A stretch of DNA of 62,811 nucleotides, counting the filler, from an uncultured bacterium (lineage in GTDB: Bacteria; CAZDME01; JAYEMH01), in NCBI GenBank assembly GCA_964506785.1. It is 11 parts of 11 records of this genome, joined end to end, with 100 filler letters (N's around TTAATTAATTAA, not from the genome) between each part and the next. Parts side by side here need not be neighbours in the genome. Positions count along the whole stretch, not along the records: positions 58,065 to 62,811 come from CAZDME010000078.1; 10 more parts are not named here. One strand, written 5' to 3'. Shown one piece after another: positions 59,406 through 62,811 of this stretch (position 1 is its first letter; each line of letters begins with the position of its first letter). The notes under the pieces are model-generated. The model did not search any database. It was not told where the DNA came from and saw only the letters and a program-made list of their open reading frames with translations. A program made the position numbers and the translations under genes.

Positions 59406-60935
59406 ATGCCCATCACCAAGGTTAAAGTCAGCTTAAAGGATTATGTCCAGGTTATTTTCCGCCGAAGGTGGCTGTTCATCATCCCGTTTATCAGCGTTTT
59501 TGCCACTTCCACCCTGGGTAGTTTTCTTTTGCCTAAGGTTTTTGCCTCATATACGACTATCCTGGTTACCGAGGAGAAAATAGTCAGTCCTTTAATCGGC
59601 GATTTGGCGGTATCCACCGCAGTAAAAGAACGCCTCAATGCCTTAACAGAGGAGATTCTAAGCTGGGACAGCCTGGTCGAGCTGACTAATAAAGTCGGGC
59701 TGGGGAAAGAGATAAAATCACAGGAGGAATACGAAAAACTGCTTTTGGGCATCCGGGACAAAGTCATTGTCGACCTGAAAGGGCAGGATATTATCCAGAT
59801 ATCCTATCGGGGGAAAAATCCGGAGCAGGTTCAGCAAATTGCGGCTACTTTAACCGATATTTTTATTGAAAAAAATCTTCAGTCAATAACCGAAGAGGCC
59901 TCCTCGGCGATTCAGTTTATCGAAAACCAGCTGGTTATTTATAAAGAGAAGCTGGAGCATTCGGAAAGAGCCTTAAAAGAATTTAAAGAGAAGTATCAGG
60001 CAGAATTGCCCGGTGAGGTGAATGTTAACCTGGGCCGGCTGGTTGATTTTCAATCTGAACTGCTTAAGGTCCAGTTAGAACTGGAAGATGCTATGCGAAG
60101 TAAAAGGCTTTTGGAAAGGCAGCTTTCCGGAGAAGAGCAGGTTGTCGTTTCTGAAGTTACCCGGATAAGAAACCCGCTGGTTGCCCAGTTAACCCAGCAC
60201 CTGGTCGATTTGAAAATGCAGCTTAATACTCTTTTGGTTGACGCCAAAGAAAGCCATCCCCTGGTGCATGAGCTGAGGCGGGAGATTGCCGATATCCAAA
60301 GTCAAATTGACCAGGAAAAAGAAAGTACGATTAGCGAAGAAACCTCAGCGGTTAATCCGGTTTATCAAGAACTGGAACAGCAGCATCGAGCAGTCGAACT
60401 GACAATCGATTCTTTAAAGTCCCGTCAAAAAACCCTGAAGACACTGGAAAAAGATTATCAACTGCGGGTAAGAAGCGTACCGGCGCAAGAGCAGGAGTTA
60501 GCCGAATTAACCCGGGATACCCGGGTAAATGAGGGGATTTACAGCATGCTTCTGCAGAGGTTAGAGGCGGCCAAGATTTCCCAGCGGTTGGAGACTTCCG
60601 ATAAAGGAACTAAATTCCGGGTTTTGAATGAAGCCCGCCTGCCGCTCAAGCCGATTAAGCCGAATAAGGTAAAAATTTCTTTTTTAGGCCTTTTTGTGGG
60701 CACCCTTTTGGGATTTGCCACTGTTTTTGTGCGTGAATTCACCGACCATTCCATAAGCAGTATCGAAGATGCCAAAGCGCTTTTGGATTTACCGGTTTTG
60801 GCCTCTATCCCGCGCATCTATACCCAGCGGGAAATCCACCTTCTTAAGCTTAAACAGAATCTTTTATTAATCGCCGTGGGGTTGGTTCTTTTTACCATGA
60901 TTGTAGTTGTTATTGTAAGCAAGGTGTTAGGATAA
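59406..60935 (+). CDS. Polysaccharide chain-length determinant (Wzz/GumC-type membrane module)
   Basis: Two TM ends, long coiled coil, HPLV, ARLPLKPIKPN, LDLPVLASIP. Confidence 0.88.
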   Translation: MPITKVKVSLKDYVQVIFRRRWLFIIPFISVFATSTLGSFLLPKVFASYTTILVTEEKIVSPLIGDLAVSTAVKERLNALTEEILSWDSLVELTNKVGLGKEIKSQEEYEKLLLGIRDKVIVDLKGQDIIQISYRGKNPEQVQQIAATLTDIFIEKNLQSITEEASSAIQFIENQLVIYKEKLEHSERALKEFKEKYQAELPGEVNVNLGRLVDFQSELLKVQLELEDAMRSKRLLERQLSGEEQVVVSEVTRIRNPLVAQLTQHLVDLKMQLNTLLVDAKESHPLVHELRREIADIQSQIDQEKESTISEETSAVNPVYQELEQQHRAVELTIDSLKSRQKTLKTLEKDYQLRVRSVPAQEQELAELTRDTRVNEGIYSMLLQRLEAAKISQRLETSDKGTKFRVLNEARLPLKPIKPNKVKISFLGLFVGTLLGFATVFVREFTDHSISSIEDAKALLDLPVLASIPRIYTQREIHLLKLKQNLLLIAVGLVLFTMIVVVIVSKVLG

Positions 60936-60936
60936 A

Positions 60937-61770
60937 ATGGCAGGAAACGATAAAATAAATGAAATTCTAAATAGGGTAAGAGAAAAAAAGGAACGCCCGG
61001 TAAAGAAGTTTCGTTCTTCCCGGTTTACGGCAATAAAGGATTTTTTTAACCAATTCAAGGCTTCTTCCCAATTGACCTATATCGCCGACAAAACGGATGA
61101 AAGCGGTATTGACCCCCGGGTGGTTACCTATTATTCATCCGACTCGCCGATTTCGGAACAGTATCGGATTTTACGGACTCATATTTTTGTTTCACAGCCC
61201 GATAACCCGCCCAAAACCATTCTTTTAACCAGCTGCCATCGTCAGGAAGGGAAAACCCTGACGGCCGTCAATTTAGCCATTACCTTAGCCCAGGATTCCC
61301 ATAAAAAGGTTTTACTTATCGATGCCGATTTGAGAAAGGGAGAAATCAGTAAAATTCTGAATCTGTCCGAGGCGCCGGGTCTGGCTGAAGTATTAAAAGG
61401 CCAAGCGGAACTGGCAGAGGTTATTCAAGAGGGAAGGATTCCCGGGGTTTCGGCAATTGCCGCCGGAGCCAACCCGTTAAATCCTTCCGAACTTTTAGGC
61501 CAGGCGAAGATAAAAGAGAGCTTGAGACTGATAAAGGAAAGCTATGACCAGATAATTATCGATGCCCCGCCATTAATTCCGGTTACCGACGGCGCTCTTT
61601 TAGCCCCGTTGGTTGATGGGATAATCCTGGTTATCAAGGCGGAGGTTACCCGATTAGAAGTAGTTGAACACGCCCAATTTCTACTCAAACAGGCCAAGGG
61701 AAAACTCCTTGGCTATGTCCTCTCCAATGTCGAGTACCATATCCCCGAGTATATCCATAAGTATTTGTAG
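60937..61770 (+). CDS. CpsD/CapB-family tyrosine-protein kinase
   Basis: EQYRILRT, EGKT, LIDADLR, IIIDAPP, Tyr-containing C-terminus. Confidence 0.9.
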   Translation: MAGNDKINEILNRVREKKERPVKKFRSSRFTAIKDFFNQFKASSQLTYIADKTDESGIDPRVVTYYSSDSPISEQYRILRTHIFVSQPDNPPKTILLTSCHRQEGKTLTAVNLAITLAQDSHKKVLLIDADLRKGEISKILNLSEAPGLAEVLKGQAELAEVIQEGRIPGVSAIAAGANPLNPSELLGQAKIKESLRLIKESYDQIIIDAPPLIPVTDGALLAPLVDGIILVIKAEVTRLEVVEHAQFLLKQAKGKLLGYVLSNVEYHIPEYIHKYL

Positions 61771-61801
61771 ATATAAAAGAGTATAAAAGAATAAAGAAAA
61801 T

Positions 61802-61833
61802 TTGACAGGAGTATATTTGTATGGTATACTCCT
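61802..61833 (+). promoter_or_regulatory. Sigma70 promoter overlapped by a 9-bp inverted repeat
   Basis: TTGACA-17 nt-TATACT; AGGAGTATA-N9-TATACTCCT. Confidence 0.7.
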
Positions 61834-61902
61834 TTTTGATTTATTCTCTAAATGAATGTTATATAACAGCATATATGGAAATTAGAAGGAGGAGAGAAGT
61901 TG

Positions 61903-62082
61903 ATGAATAACAAGCTGATGACTACCAAAGAGCTGGCTGAATACATGCAGCTTAATCCCTTGACTGTTTACCGAAAGGTCAAGGAAGGCGAAATCCCTTA
62001 TATCCGGCTGGGTCGCTCCATTCGCTTCAAGAAAGAGCAGATTGATAAATGGCTGGAAGCAGAAACACAAGAAAATAGATAA
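61903..62082 (+). CDS. Excisionase-like helix-turn-helix (HTH_17) DNA-binding protein
   Basis: LMTTKELAEYMQL..TVYR....IPYIRLGRSIRF...IDKWL. Confidence 0.88.
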   Translation: MNNKLMTTKELAEYMQLNPLTVYRKVKEGEIPYIRLGRSIRFKKEQIDKWLEAETQENR

Positions 62083-62138
62083 AAGTGTCAAAGTATCATA
62101 GTGTCATCGCTCACTTTGTTCGCTAGTATCAAAGTTTG
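62082..62138 (+). repeat. Left arm of 8-bp tandem repeats with embedded TCGCTCACTTTGTTCGCT motif
   Basis: AAAGTGTC AAAGTATC ATAGTGTC A-[motif]-AGTATC AAAGTTTG. Confidence 0.88.
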
Positions 62139-62154
62139 ACAACGGGAGTGTACA

Positions 62155-62520
62155 GTGGCAGAAAAAGGCTATAGAAAACTAAAAGTCTGGCAGAAAGCTC
62201 ATAACTTGGCAGTTGAAATCTATCGGACTACAGAGAATTTTCCCAAAGAAGAACTATATGGGATTACTTCACAATTAAGAAGGGCTTCATTTTCTGTGCC
62301 TTTAAATATTGTTGAAGGACAGGCAAGCAGCAGCAAAAAAGAATTTATTAATTTTCTTAATATTGCTAACCGATCCTTAGTAGAGGCAGAATATTTATTA
62401 GAAACATGCGAGGAATTAAATTTTCTAAACAGGATAGATTATGAAAAGTTAGAACGTCTACGTTCTGAAGTTGGCATTATTTTAAATGCATTTGTTAAAT
62501 CTGTAAAAAGTAAACTCTGA
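62155..62520 (+). CDS. Four-helix-bundle protein (23S rRNA IVP-like family)
   Basis: YRKLKVWQKA, FPKEELYGITSQLRRASFSVPLNIVEG, EFINFLNIA.RSL.E. Confidence 0.92.
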   Translation: MAEKGYRKLKVWQKAHNLAVEIYRTTENFPKEELYGITSQLRRASFSVPLNIVEGQASSSKKEFINFLNIANRSLVEAEYLLETCEELNFLNRIDYEKLERLRSEVGIILNAFVKSVKSKL

Positions 62521-62566
62521 CACTCTGATACTCTGACACTTTGATACTTTGACACTATGAGACTTA
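62515..62566 (+). repeat. Right (inverted) arm of 8-bp tandem repeats
   Basis: CTCTGACA CTCTGATA CTCTGACA CTTTGATA CTTTGACA CTATGAGA CTTA. Confidence 0.9.
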
Positions 62567-62811
62567 GAAGGAAGCCAATATTAATTGGCATTAGCGGCGG
62601 GACCGGCTCAGGGAAAACCACCCTGGCCGAAACCCTGCAGGCAAAGATAGGCAAGGCAGATTGCCATATAATCAGCCAGGATAGTTATTATAAAGACAGA
62701 AGCCCGATGGAATTCTTAAATAGGGAAAAACTCAATTTTGACGAACCGGCCGCTTTTGACCTGTCTTTACTGATTGAACATTTAAAAAAGCTTAAGGCGG
62801 GTAAGGCCGTT
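62557..62811 (+). CDS. udk: Uridine kinase (3' end outside window)
   Basis: Manual translation ILIGISGGTGSGKTT...ISQDSYYKD...NFDEPAAFD. Confidence 0.9.
   Translation, partial: MRLRRKPILIGISGGTGSGKTTLAETLQAKIGKADCHIISQDSYYKDRSPMEFLNREKLNFDEPAAFDLSLLIEHLKKLKAGKAV

Overview
This window is not one locus. It is 11 short contigs (about 4.7-6.6 kb, in descending length) joined by ten artificial 100-bp N/TTAATTAATTAA/N linkers, typical of a fragmented bacterial draft or metagenome-assembled genome. The gene content suggests an anaerobe, tentatively Omnitrophota-like (weak inference). Most contigs carry surface-glycan genes: nucleotide-sugar synthesis, GDP-heptose modification, GT2/GT4/GT-C transferases, CapK-like ligases and Wza/Wzc. 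The rest are a housekeeping contig (rplM-rpsI, FtsH-like, rpmE-thyX-prfA-prmC), an iron/oxidative-stress contig, a metal/UV-repair contig and a TPR-protein contig. The most striking unexplained structure is a family of inverted short tandem-repeat arms (8-mers and 7-mers). One 8-mer pair brackets a four-helix-bundle gene (62.1-62.6 kb). A near-identical pair at 2.4 kb (46/53 nt ungapped match, same embedded motif) has nothing between its arms, like filled and empty sites of a gene-cassette system. Also notable are three adjacent SDR enzymes all lacking the catalytic Tyr, a Cys-to-Ser AsnB, and a premature TAG in a methyltransferase-like gene. No rRNA, tRNA, CRISPR array or transposase was seen.
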